Made by a program: the position numbers and the translations under genes. DNA of 64,000 nucleotides, from contig CAVYRF010000001.1 of NCBI GenBank assembly GCA_963770895.1, forward strand, positions 224,001-288,000. Direction: 5' to 3'. The notes under the pieces are model-generated. The model did no database searches and was not told the DNA's origin. It saw nothing but the letters and a program-made list of their open reading frames with translations. Origin of the DNA: an uncultured Acidobacteriota bacterium. GTDB taxonomy: Bacteria > Acidobacteriota > Thermoanaerobaculia > Multivoradales > UBA5704. Positions 9,485 to 18,510 of this stretch are shown in pieces; within the stretch, counting starts at the first letter, position 1; each line of letters opens with the position of its first letter.

Positions 9485-10321
9485 TCAGGGGCCGGCGGAG
9501 GGCGCGGCCGCGACTGCCGGCTCGGTCACTGCTGGCGGATCGACCGGCTCGCCGCCTTCGGCGCGGTCTGCCGCCGTCGGGCCCGGCACCGCTGCGCCGC
9601 CAAGCGCCGCGACCCGCGGTGCGACGCGGCGGGCGCCGGCGAAACGGGTGCGGTAGTAGGGGCGGGCCAGGTCGCTGACGATCACGCCTTCGCGCCGGCC
9701 GGCGGCGTGGATGAAGCGGCCGTTGCCGATGAAGATGCCGACGTGCGAGATGCCGTGCTTGTAGGTGTTGTGGAAGAACACCAGGTCGCCCGGCCGCAGG
9801 TCGTTGTCGGCCACCTTTTCACCCTTGGCGAACTGCTCGGCGGCGGTGCGCGGCAGCGCCAGGCCGGCCTGGCTGTACACGGCTCCCACCAGGCCTGAGC
9901 AGTCGACGCCGCTGCGCGACGAGCCGCCGCGCCGGTAGGGGGTCCCCAGGTAGCTCATCGCCTGCTCGACCAGGTGCTTGACGTGCGTCGCGAAGCGTCC
10001 CAGGAAGGAGTCGGCGTCGCGTTGCGACACCAGGTACTTCTCGCTTACCTCGCCGCCGTCGTTGCCCCGATCGTCACCGTTGCCGGCGCCGGCGGCTGCT
10101 GACGAGCGGCTGGTCGCTGCCGGAGCGGCTTCGGCGGCCGGCGTGGGAGCCGGCGTTGTGGCGATCTCGCTGGGATCGGCAAAGTCGCCCGCCTCGGCAG
10201 CATCGGGGGAGGCTTGGGAGGCGAGGGCCGATTGGGAGGGTTGAGCCAGTGCGGCGGACGGCGCTACGGCGGCAGCGAGAGCGGCGAACGCCAGCGTTCC
10301 AAGGTACAACCTTCCAACCAC
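9485..10321 (-). CDS. NlpC/P60 (C40) cell-wall peptidase
   Basis: YLGTPYRRGG, GVDCSGLV, PGDLVFF, HVGIF, FIHA; signal peptide; start approximate. Confidence 0.92.
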   Translation of the reverse strand: MVGRLYLGTLAFAALAAAVAPSAALAQPSQSALASQASPDAAEAGDFADPSEIATTPAPTPAAEAAPAATSRSSAAAGAGNGDDRGNDGGEVSEKYLVSQRDADSFLGRFATHVKHLVEQAMSYLGTPYRRGGSSRSGVDCSGLVGAVYSQAGLALPRTAAEQFAKGEKVADNDLRPGDLVFFHNTYKHGISHVGIFIGNGRFIHAAGRREGVIVSDLARPYYRTRFAGARRVAPRVAALGGAAVPGPTAADRAEGGEPVDPPAVTEPAVAAAPSAGP

Positions 10322-10388
10322 GCAGACCCCCTTTTGCGCCGACGCCGGGCAGGTCGCCAATCAAAGACAGCGGGATGACAGGACGCAG

Positions 10389-10418
10389 TTCATACCATCG
10401 AGCGAAAAAGCCTGTCAA
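10389..10418 (-). promoter_or_regulatory. Sigma-70-type promoter for the NlpC/P60 gene
   Basis: TTGACA-N18-TATGAA with a TG extension on the minus strand. Confidence 0.6.
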
Positions 10419-10554
10419 CAGGCAATTTGAGCGACTACGGCGGTCATGCCGCAGCGGCATAGGTGGTGCCGAAAAGTCACGATTGGCGCCGCCTGCATAT
10501 GGGGGAGGAGCAACGGCGGCCGGCGGCGCGGCTGGCCTGCCGTAGACTGCGGAC

Positions 10555-11554
10555 GTGCGAGCGATGGTGCTGGAACAGGCGGGCCGGCCGTTGCGGCTGG
10601 TCCGGATGGCGCCGCCGGTGGCGGGACCGGGCCAGGTGCTGCTCAAGGTACACGCCTGCGGCATCTGCCGCACCGACCTGCACATCGTCGACGGCGAGCT
10701 GGCGGAGCCGAAGCTGCCGCTGGTGCTGGGCCACCAGATCGTCGGCACCGTGCTCGAGGCGGGCAGCGACGTGCAGCGTTTCCGGCGCGGCGAGCGGGTG
10801 GGCGTGCCGTGGCTGGGCTGGACCTGCGGCGTCTGCCGCTACTGCCTGTCGCAGCGCGAGAACCTCTGCGATCGGGCGCGTTTCACCGGCTACCACCTCG
10901 ACGGCGGCTACGCCGAGATGGCGGTCGCCGACCAGCGCTTCTGCTTTGCGATTCCCGCCGGGTACCCCGATCTGCAGGCGGCGCCGCTGCTCTGTGCGGG
11001 GCTGATCGGGTTTCGCGCGCTGCGTCTGGCCGGTGCGGTGGAGGAGGCGCGCACGGTCGGTTTTTACGGCTTCGGCGCCGCCGCCCACATCCTCATCCAG
11101 GTGGCGCGCCACCAGGGGCGCCAGGTGTTTGCCTTTACGCGCGACGGCGACGTGGCGGCCCAGCGCTTCGCGCTCGACCTGGGGGCGGCCTGGGCGGGCG
11201 GCGCCGGCGACGCTCCCCGCGGCGCTGGACGCGGCGCTGGTGTTTGCGCCCGCCGGCGACCTGGTGCCGGCGGCGCTGCGGGTGGTCGCCAAGGGCGGCA
11301 GCGTGGTCTGCGCCGGGATCCACATGAGCGACATCCCGGCGTTTCCGTACGACATCCTATGGGGCGAGCGCGTCGTGCGCTCGGTTGCCAACCTCACCCG
11401 GCGCGACGGCGAGGAGTTTCTGGCTCTGGCTCCCGCCGTGCCGGTGCGCAGCCAGGTTGCGGTGTTCCCGCTGGCCGAAGCCAACGCTGCGCTGGCCGCC
11501 CTGCGCGCCGGCAGCTTTCATGGCGCCGCCGTCCTCGCCGTCGATACGGCGTGA
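10555..11554 (+). pseudogene. Zinc-binding alcohol dehydrogenase, frameshifted at ~11215 (real or sequencing error)
   Basis: CGICRTDLH, GHQIVG, CGVCRYC...C in one frame; C-terminus LDAALVFAPAG...GIHMSDIP...SVANLTR continues in another frame after a C-run. Confidence 0.85.
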
Positions 11555-11599
11555 GCGGCGGCGCTGAGTGGCCGTCAGGTTCTGGCCGCCGGCCGGGTT

Positions 11600-12061
11600 T
11601 CAGCAGTCGCCCAGGCGCTTGCCGCTCAGGTGCTGCGTCATCTTCATCGCCGGGTGGTTGCCGTGCGGCGGCGTGATGGCGTGGGTGGTGACCTCGTAGG
11701 TGGTGCCGCCGAAGACCACTTCCGACGTGCCGGAGGGGCCGTCCTGGCAGTTGAAGGAGTACGAGATCTTGTTGCCTTCCGTCTTGAAGTCGGAGTACTC
11801 GCACTTGCCGCCGCGCTTGTTCATCAGGTCGGCGAAGCTCTTGTTGTTCTGCACCTGCTCGGGCTTGATGCACTGCTTGATGGTGGTGGCCGGCATGCCT
11901 TCCGGCATCGACGGCCTGCCGTCAATTTCAATTTTCATCGAAAGCTCCCAATTGCCGGGAGTGATGTTGGGGTGATCGATCGCCGCCGCGGCGCGCGGGG
12001 CGGCGGTCAGGGCGGCGCAGACGCAGGCCGCGATTGCCGCAGTTTGCAGGGTTCGCTTCAT
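11600..12061 (-). CDS. DUF3617-family secreted protein
   Basis: Signal peptide, ITPGNWE, KQCI, C-terminal GKRLGDC. Confidence 0.8.
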   Translation of the reverse strand: MKRTLQTAAIAACVCAALTAAPRAAAAIDHPNITPGNWELSMKIEIDGRPSMPEGMPATTIKQCIKPEQVQNNKSFADLMNKRGGKCEYSDFKTEGNKISYSFNCQDGPSGTSEVVFGGTTYEVTTHAITPPHGNHPAMKMTQHLSGKRLGDC

Positions 12062-12165
12062 GAATTTCCCCCTCCGTTCGGTGGATACATGGGTTCCCAA
12101 GACGGGACGAAGTGGGAGATTGTAGCAGGGGCGGCCTGATTGCCCGCCGCCCGCAAAAGGAGCAG

Positions 12166-12897
12166 ATGGAAGCCATGCCAAACCTTTCTGACCCGACGAA
12201 ACCTTACCCTGTCGGCATCGGCGCCGCCGTCGATCCGTCACCGGCGCCGCGGCCCGCGCCGGTGACGCTGAGCGGCAGGCACGTGATCGTGCGGCCGCTG
12301 GCGCCCGCGTCCGATGCCGCGGCGCTGTACCCGGCCTCGCACGGCGCCGACAAGGAAGCCTTGTGGCGGTACCTGCCCGACGGGCCCTTTGCCGACGGTG
12401 CGGCGTTCGAGGCCTATCTGTCGGCCAGGGCTGGCGGCGCCGATCCGCTGTTTTTTGCCATCGTGGATCGCGGCTCGGGCACTGCCGTGGGCTATGCCGC
12501 CTACCTGCGATGCGAGCCGGCGCACCGGGTGGTCGAGATCGGCCACATCCTGTACACGCCGCGGTTGCAGCGCACCGCGGGCGCCACCGAAGCCATGTAC
12601 CTCCTGGCGCGCCACGCCTTCGAAGACCTGGGCTACCGGCGCTACGAATGGAAGTGCAACTCCTTCAACGCGCCTTCGCGCAGCGCCGCCCAGCGCTTCG
12701 GCTTCACCTTCGAGGGCATCTTCCGCCAGCACATGATCGTCAAGGGGCGCAGCCGCGACTCCGCCTGGTTCTCGATGCTGGACAGCGAATGGCCGCGGCG
12801 CAAGGCGGCCTTCGAAGGTTGGCTGGATCCCGCCAACTTCGATGCCGCCGGCTGCCAGAAGGCGCCGCTTGCAGCGTTCCTGCCGCCCGAGGGGTAG
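12166..12897 (+). CDS. GNAT N-acetyltransferase (RimJ/RimL family)
   Basis: VEIGHI, LGYRRYEWKC, AQRFGFTFEGIFRQ, KGRSRDSAWFS; AGGAG RBS. Confidence 0.9.
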   Translation: MEAMPNLSDPTKPYPVGIGAAVDPSPAPRPAPVTLSGRHVIVRPLAPASDAAALYPASHGADKEALWRYLPDGPFADGAAFEAYLSARAGGADPLFFAIVDRGSGTAVGYAAYLRCEPAHRVVEIGHILYTPRLQRTAGATEAMYLLARHAFEDLGYRRYEWKCNSFNAPSRSAAQRFGFTFEGIFRQHMIVKGRSRDSAWFSMLDSEWPRRKAAFEGWLDPANFDAAGCQKAPLAAFLPPEG

Positions 12898-12940
12898 GTG
12901 GCCCGCACCCGCCGCGACAGGTGCGCGCCGGGCGCCGGCG

Positions 12941-14368
12941 CTACAGCAGCGGCGACAGCAGGCGTGCCAGCCGGTCGCCGGCGCGGTGGGCGGCGCCGCG
13001 GCGGTTCCAGGCGTCCTGGGTGATCTCGACGCTGTGGGCCAGGTCGGCGGCGAAGGCGCGCTCCAGCCGCATCGCGAACGCGGCGTCGAAGACCACCAGG
13101 TTGCACTCGGCGTTGAACAGAAAGGAGCGGAAGTCCAGGTTGGTGGAGCCGACGACCGAGACGTACCCGTCGGCGACCAGCGACTTGGCGTGGAGCACGG
13201 TCGCCTGGTACTCGAAGATGCGGATGCCGCGCCGCAGCAGCCCGGCGAAGTAGCCGTGGCCGGCGTGGCGGACCAGCGGCACGTCGGTGGTGCCGGGCAG
13301 CAGCAGGCGGACGTCGACGCCGCGGGCGGCGGCGTCGGCCAGGATGCGCACGGCGCTGTGGCCGGGCGCGAAGTAGGCGTTGGTGATCCACAGCCGCTGG
13401 CGCGCCGCGGCGGCGATCGCCGCCAGCGAGGCGGCGGCTTCACGGTTGCCGCGCAGCGGCTGGGCGTCGAGCACCAGGACGCGCGCGTGGGCCGAAGGGT
13501 GATCGCCGCCTTCGCCCGCACTGCCATGGGTCAGCTGAGCCTGCCCGGCCGGCGGTGCCGCCCCCGCCGCCCCTGCCGCCAGCGCCTCCTGCACCGGCGG
13601 CGCCGGGGGAGTCACCTGGGCCAGCGGCGGCAGCTGGAGCGGTTCGCCGCCGGCGTGTTCCCAGCCTTCCGAGAACACCACGGCCAAGCCCCAAGCGGCG
13701 GGGCCGACGACGCGCACATGGCTGTCGCGCCATGCCGTCGGGCCGCCGTGCCAGGCCGCCTTGCGCCGCCGCCGCCGGCGCAGCGGCCAGCCGGCCGAGC
13801 CGTACTCGACCGCGATGTTCATGCCGCCGGTGAAGGCGATGCGGCGATCCACCACCAGCAGCTTGCGATGATCGCGGAACGGCTGGTACCACAGGCCCTT
13901 GAACAGCGGGTTGAACAGGTGGGTGATGATGCCGCGGCGCGCCATGTCGCGCCAGAACCCGACGTGGGTGCCGAACGAGCCCAAGGCGTCGGCCAGCACG
14001 CGCACGGTGACGCCGCGCTGGACCGCCGCCGCCAGCAGCTCCAGGAAGGTACGGCCCACCTGGTCGTCCTTGAAGATGTACGACTCCAGCAGGACCTCGC
14101 TGTGGGCGCCGGCGACCGCTTCGTACATTGCCGTAAAGGCATGGCCGCCGCTGCGGAACAGCTCGACCTGGTTGCCGGCGTGGATCGGCTTGGCTTCGAC
14201 CCGCCGCAGCAGGGTTTCGAGCCCGGTGCCGTGCACGCCGTCCGGCAGGGCGCCGGCAATGCTGCCGATCCGCCGCGCGGTCAGCTCGGGCGGCAGGCGA
14301 TGGCCCAGGCCGGGCCGCAACACCGGGCGCAGGTAGCGCGCCAGCCGCCGCCGGCCGCGCCGCGCCAC
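12941..14368 (-). CDS. Cardiolipin synthase / phospholipase D family (ClsB-like)
   Basis: Two HKD motifs: DHRKLLVVD...GGMN and LHAKSLVAD...GSTNLD. Confidence 0.88.
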   Translation of the reverse strand: MARRGRRRLARYLRPVLRPGLGHRLPPELTARRIGSIAGALPDGVHGTGLETLLRRVEAKPIHAGNQVELFRSGGHAFTAMYEAVAGAHSEVLLESYIFKDDQVGRTFLELLAAAVQRGVTVRVLADALGSFGTHVGFWRDMARRGIITHLFNPLFKGLWYQPFRDHRKLLVVDRRIAFTGGMNIAVEYGSAGWPLRRRRRRKAAWHGGPTAWRDSHVRVVGPAAWGLAVVFSEGWEHAGGEPLQLPPLAQVTPPAPPVQEALAAGAAGAAPPAGQAQLTHGSAGEGGDHPSAHARVLVLDAQPLRGNREAAASLAAIAAAARQRLWITNAYFAPGHSAVRILADAAARGVDVRLLLPGTTDVPLVRHAGHGYFAGLLRRGIRIFEYQATVLHAKSLVADGYVSVVGSTNLDFRSFLFNAECNLVVFDAAFAMRLERAFAADLAHSVEITQDAWNRRGAAHRAGDRLARLLSPLL

Positions 14369-14372
14369 GCGG

Positions 14373-16736
14373 TCAGTCCCACAGGCGGTCGATACGCCGC
14401 CTGGACAGGGCCTGCGTGGCGGTGCGGCCGAGCAGCCGGACGCCTTCCGCCAGCGAGGCGAAGCGTTCGTCGCGAGTCAGCCCGCGCGCATAGCGGTGAT
14501 AGATCTGCTGGGCGATCACGGCCACTTTGAGCAGGCCGAACACGTAGTAGAACAGGATGTCGGCGGCGTCGCGGCCGGTTCCTCGGACGTAGCGCTCGAC
14601 GACCTCGCGGCGCGACAGGTTGCCGGGGAGCGCGGTCGGCCCGACCGGCAGCCGCTGGCGCGCCTCGTGGTCGTCAGGGTCCAGCCAGTAGGCGAGCGCC
14701 GAGCCAAGGTCCAGCAGCGGCTCGCCGACCGTCGCCATCTCCCAGTCCAGCACCGCGACGACGCCGCGGCAGTCGGCGGTCAGGACCAGGTTGTCGTACT
14801 TGAAGTCGTTGTGCAGCAGGGTGGCGGCAGTCTCTTCCGCGGCCGGCGTGCGCCGCGGCTGATGCTCGGCCAGCCAGGCCGCGGCGCGCTCGACGTCGGC
14901 GACCGGTTCGGTCGCGGCGCGGTGCCACCGCTCGGTCCAGCCGCTCACCTGGCGGGCGGTGTAGCCTGCCGGCCGGCCCAGGTCCGCCAGGCCCGCGGCG
15001 GCGGGGTCCACCGCGTGCAGCTCGATCAGGGCGTCGACCACCGCTTCGCTCAAACCGCGCAGCTGTGGCGGCCCCAGGTCCAGACCGCGCGGCAGCCGCG
15101 GCTGGCGCAGGATCGGACCGTGCACGCGCTGCATGACGTAGAACGGCGCGCCGATCACCGTCACGTCGTCGCAGGCGGCCAGCGCCTGCGGCGCTTTGGG
15201 ATAGTGCGCATGGAGGCGCGACAGGACGTGGAATTCGCGTCCCATGTCGTGCGCCGTCCTGATCGCGGCGCCGAAGGGCGGCCGGCGCAAGACCAGCTGC
15301 CGCCCGCCGTAGCGCAGCAGGTAGGTCAGGTTGGAGTGCCCGCCGGGAAACTGCTCGACCGCCAGGGTGGCGGCGTCGACGGCAGCTGCCGGCGCGGCGC
15401 CGCCGGCGGTGGCCGCGGGTCCCAAGCCCTGGGCGTCCAGCCAGGCCGCCAGACCGGCGGCGGGCAGCTCTTCGCCGTCTCGCACCGGTCCGGCCCGGTC
15501 GGCCGCGGTGACGGTGGCGGCATCGGCGGCGGCAGTGACCGGCGGCGGCGCATAGGTGGCCAGGATGCGCCGCGCCACGGTGGTTTTGTGCACCTCGTCG
15601 GGGCCGTCGTAGATGCGGGCGCCGCGCTCGTGGCGCCACCAGAACGCCAGCGGCGTATCGTCCAGCAGGCCGGCGGCGCCGTGAGTCTGGATGGCGCGGT
15701 CGAGCACCGCCTGCAGGACGGCGGCGACGTGGAACTTGACCAGCGAGATCTCGTCGCGCGCCGCGGCGGCGCCGTCGCGCTGGATGCGCCATGCGGCGTG
15801 CAGCACCAGCAGGCGCGCGGCGTCAATTTCCGCGCGGCTTTCGGCCACCCACGCCTGCACCAGCTGGCGTGACCCCAGCATGTCGCCGGGCGCCAGCTCG
15901 CGCGTGGCGGCGCGCCGGCACATCAGGTCGAAGGCGCGCTCGCAGATGCCGATCCAGCGCATACAGTGGTGGATGCGCCCCGGTCCCAGGCGCTCCTGGG
16001 CGAGCGCGAAGCCGGCGCCTTCGGCGCCGATGCGGTGGCTTGCTGGCACCCGCACGCCGTCCAGACGCAACTCGCCGTGGCTCATCCAGCCGGTGCCGGC
16101 TTCGCCCATGACCGGCAGATTGCGCACCAGCTGGAAACCGGGCGTGTCGGTCGGCACCAGCAGCATGCTGGCGCGGCCGTGGACCGCGGCGGTGGCGTCG
16201 GTGACTGCCATGACGATGCAGAAGGCGGCGCCGTCGGCGCTGCTGGCAAACCACTTGTGGCCGTCCAGGACGTAGTCCGCGCCGTCGCGGTGCGCCGTCG
16301 TCTGCAGCCATACGGGATTGGCACCGGAGCGGCCCGGCTCGGTCATGCCGAAGCAGCTGCGCATCTCGCCGCGCGCCAGCGGTGCCAGCCACCGCTCGTG
16401 CTGCTCGGGCGAGCCGTGGCGTAGCAGCAGCTCCATGTTGCCTGCATCCGGTGCCTGGCAGTTGCAGACGTAGTGGCCGAGCGGGCTCCAGCCCAGCACC
16501 TCGCCGACCAGGGCCAGCTCGGGCAAGGTCAGGTCGCTGCCGCCCCAGGCGCGCGGCAGGTGCGGTACGAAGAGGCCGAGGTCGCGGGCGTGGGCGCGGA
16601 GCGCCAGGAGGTGCGGTTCGACGCTGGCAAAACCCTGGCCGAACGCCGTGGTTTCCAGGGCTGCCACCTGGCCGGCGACGAGCTGGCGCAGTGCCGCCAG
16701 GCGCGGTGCGAGGTGTTCGGGAACGCTCCAATCCAT
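14373..16736 (-). CDS. Acyl-CoA dehydrogenase (LvaC/ACAD10-11 type) fused to APH-family phosphotransferase
   Basis: N-half: CQAPDAGNME, FGMTEP, GPGRIHHCMR, RIYDGPDEVH. C-half: GGHSNLTY, HDMGREF, LHNDFKYDN, LDWEMA. Confidence 0.9.
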   Translation of the reverse strand: MDWSVPEHLAPRLAALRQLVAGQVAALETTAFGQGFASVEPHLLALRAHARDLGLFVPHLPRAWGGSDLTLPELALVGEVLGWSPLGHYVCNCQAPDAGNMELLLRHGSPEQHERWLAPLARGEMRSCFGMTEPGRSGANPVWLQTTAHRDGADYVLDGHKWFASSADGAAFCIVMAVTDATAAVHGRASMLLVPTDTPGFQLVRNLPVMGEAGTGWMSHGELRLDGVRVPASHRIGAEGAGFALAQERLGPGRIHHCMRWIGICERAFDLMCRRAATRELAPGDMLGSRQLVQAWVAESRAEIDAARLLVLHAAWRIQRDGAAAARDEISLVKFHVAAVLQAVLDRAIQTHGAAGLLDDTPLAFWWRHERGARIYDGPDEVHKTTVARRILATYAPPPVTAAADAATVTAADRAGPVRDGEELPAAGLAAWLDAQGLGPAATAGGAAPAAAVDAATLAVEQFPGGHSNLTYLLRYGGRQLVLRRPPFGAAIRTAHDMGREFHVLSRLHAHYPKAPQALAACDDVTVIGAPFYVMQRVHGPILRQPRLPRGLDLGPPQLRGLSEAVVDALIELHAVDPAAAGLADLGRPAGYTARQVSGWTERWHRAATEPVADVERAAAWLAEHQPRRTPAAEETAATLLHNDFKYDNLVLTADCRGVVAVLDWEMATVGEPLLDLGSALAYWLDPDDHEARQRLPVGPTALPGNLSRREVVERYVRGTGRDAADILFYYVFGLLKVAVIAQQIYHRYARGLTRDERFASLAEGVRLLGRTATQALSRRRIDRLWD

Positions 16737-16843
16737 GGCGATGGGCGGCGGACCGGCCCACGACGGTCGGGGCAGGCCGGCCAGGCGAATATATCGGCTG
16801 CGGGCCTGCGGGGCCAGGGCCGCGGGCGGCGGCCGCGGCGAGC

Positions 16844-16875
16844 AAAAAAAAGGGTGCCGCCATCTGGCAGCACCC
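16844..16875 (-). terminator. Rho-independent terminator after the pilin pair
   Basis: GGGTGCTGCCA-GA-TGGCGGCACCC stem followed by T8 on the minus strand. Confidence 0.85.
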
Positions 16876-16931
16876 GGCTCAAGCTCCAAAAGACCGATCG
16901 ATCGATCGTTTGGCGAAGCTTGGATGAGGTC

Positions 16932-17468
16932 TTAGTTGCCGCTGGTCTTCTGCGGCCAGCGCACGAAGTAGCCGTCGGCCCACACCAGATCACGGTTGTA
17001 ATCGGTCGGGTCGAAGCCGGTGACGGTGTAGGACGTCGTGTCGGCCGTGTTGTCACGGCCGTAGCTGACGATGCCCATGACGCCGACGCCGCCCAGCGGG
17101 TTGGTGTAGTTGAGATAGTAATTGTAGGGGTTCTTCCAGCCGTCTTGCCCGGGGACGCTCTGGATGTACTGCGAAACCAGGATCGTCGTCAACGCGTCCA
17201 CCGAGATGGACTGGAAGTTGGCGAGGTTCACCGTGCTGGCGGTCTGGCCCGCGGCGGCGGCACCGGCCTGGTCGGTCAGCCAGGAGAACATGGCGGTCCC
17301 CAGGTTGCGCATGTCGGCCTCAGTCCGCTTCTGCTTCGCTTTTTGCAGAGCGTCGAGGAAGTTGGGAATCAGCAGGGCGGCGATGATGCCGATGATCGCC
17401 ACGACGATCAACAGCTCGATCAGGGTAAAGCCCCTCTCTCCCCGGCGGCGCCGAAACACTTTCAACAT
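16932..17468 (-). CDS. Type IV pilin / GspG-like pseudopilin, downstream copy
   Basis: Basic leader, G|FTLIELLIVVAIIGIIAALLIP, DGWKNPY...SYGRD; strong RBS AAGGAG. Confidence 0.92.
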   Translation of the reverse strand: MLKVFRRRRGERGFTLIELLIVVAIIGIIAALLIPNFLDALQKAKQKRTEADMRNLGTAMFSWLTDQAGAAAAGQTASTVNLANFQSISVDALTTILVSQYIQSVPGQDGWKNPYNYYLNYTNPLGGVGVMGIVSYGRDNTADTTSYTVTGFDPTDYNRDLVWADGYFVRWPQKTSGN

Positions 17469-17525
17469 CGTCCCTTCTCCTTTCCTTGAGCGACTGTCCA
17501 GCTCTCTAGCCTTGACAGGTTCAAC

Positions 17526-17558
17526 GGAAACAACAGGCGCCGCAGGGAGCGGCGCCTG
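17526..17558 (-). terminator. Hairpin/terminator between the two pilin genes
   Basis: CAGGCGCCGC-5nt-GCGGCGCCTG perfect 10-bp stem followed by TTGTTTCC on the minus strand. Confidence 0.6.
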
Positions 17559-17672
17559 AGTGCATCCTGGACGAAGGGGCCTTGCCGAAAGTACTCATGA
17601 TGTGCGTCGCGCCCCGTAGCCGATATCGTGGATCGAAAGCTTAATAACCAGTTGCTGCCAGCTGCCTTGCTG

Positions 17673-18209
17673 CTAGTTGCCGCTGGTCTTCTGCGGCCAG
17701 CGCACGAAGTAGCCGTCGGCCCAAACCAAGTCGCGGTTGTAATCGGTCGGGTCGAAGCCGGTGACGGTGTAGGACGTCGTGTCAGCCGTGTTGTCGCGGC
17801 CGTAGCTGATGATGCCCATGACGCCGACGCCGCCAAGCGGGTTGGTGTAGTTGAGATAGTAATTGTAGGGGTTCTTCCAGCCGTCTTGCCCGGGGACGCT
17901 CTGGATGTACTGCGAAACCAGGATCGTCGTCAACGCGCTCACCGAGATGGACTGGAAGTTGGCGAAGTTCACCGTGCTGGCGGTCTGGCCCGCGGCGGCG
18001 GCGCCGGCCTGGTCGGTCAGCCACGAGAACATCGCGGTGCCCAGGTTGCGCATGTCGGCCTCAGTCCGCTTCTGCTTGGCCTTCTGCAGGGCGTCTAGGA
18101 AGTTGGGGATCAGCAGCGCGGCGATGATGCCGATGATCGCGACGACGATCAACAGCTCGATCAATGTAAAGCCTCGTTGACTGCGGAGCTTACGCATTTT
18201 CTGTATCAT
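17673..18209 (-). CDS. Type IV pilin / GspG-like pseudopilin, upstream copy
   Basis: MIQKMRKLRSQRG|FTLIELL...; mature part differs from the other copy at 3 residues; GAGG RBS. Confidence 0.92.
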   Translation of the reverse strand: MIQKMRKLRSQRGFTLIELLIVVAIIGIIAALLIPNFLDALQKAKQKRTEADMRNLGTAMFSWLTDQAGAAAAGQTASTVNFANFQSISVSALTTILVSQYIQSVPGQDGWKNPYNYYLNYTNPLGGVGVMGIISYGRDNTADTTSYTVTGFDPTDYNRDLVWADGYFVRWPQKTSGN

Positions 18210-18280
18210 GACGATCCTCATCCCTTTCATGGCTCCAAAGCAACTCTCGGTCAATCCGAGAAGTATCGACTGCGGCCTAG

Positions 18281-18296
18281 TGCAGGGTTGGTGCCA
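18281..18296 (-). promoter_or_regulatory. Sigma-54 (-24/-12) promoter for the pilin locus
   Basis: TGGCACCAACCCTGCA = GG-N10-GC, about 70 nt upstream of the pilin start. Confidence 0.75.
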
Positions 18297-18510
18297 TGCT
18301 TGGAAGCCGGCTGAAATCAGCCAGCAATGGACACTTGCCGTGGTGGGGCCGCGGCCGGGTGTCGAATTTTGACACCGCTCAGGTACAGAAAACGTCAGAG
18401 GGCGGCGGGCGCCGCAGAGAGCTCGGCAGAGGTATGCTACGTCCTCATTTTTGGCGCCGCTGTGACGCTTGTAACTTGATATCGCCAGTCGGTGGCCCGG
18501 GAGAACCAGC

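Noticed and set aside
12166-12897. GNAT as the missing ArgA
   Set aside because: RimJ/RimL-type sequence, 26 kb from the operon, no ARG box seen; an ArgA elsewhere in the genome cannot be excluded
16932-18209. Diversity-generating retroelement TR/VR pair
   Set aside because: Both copies are full genes, differences are mostly synonymous and not adenine-specific, and there is no reverse transcriptase
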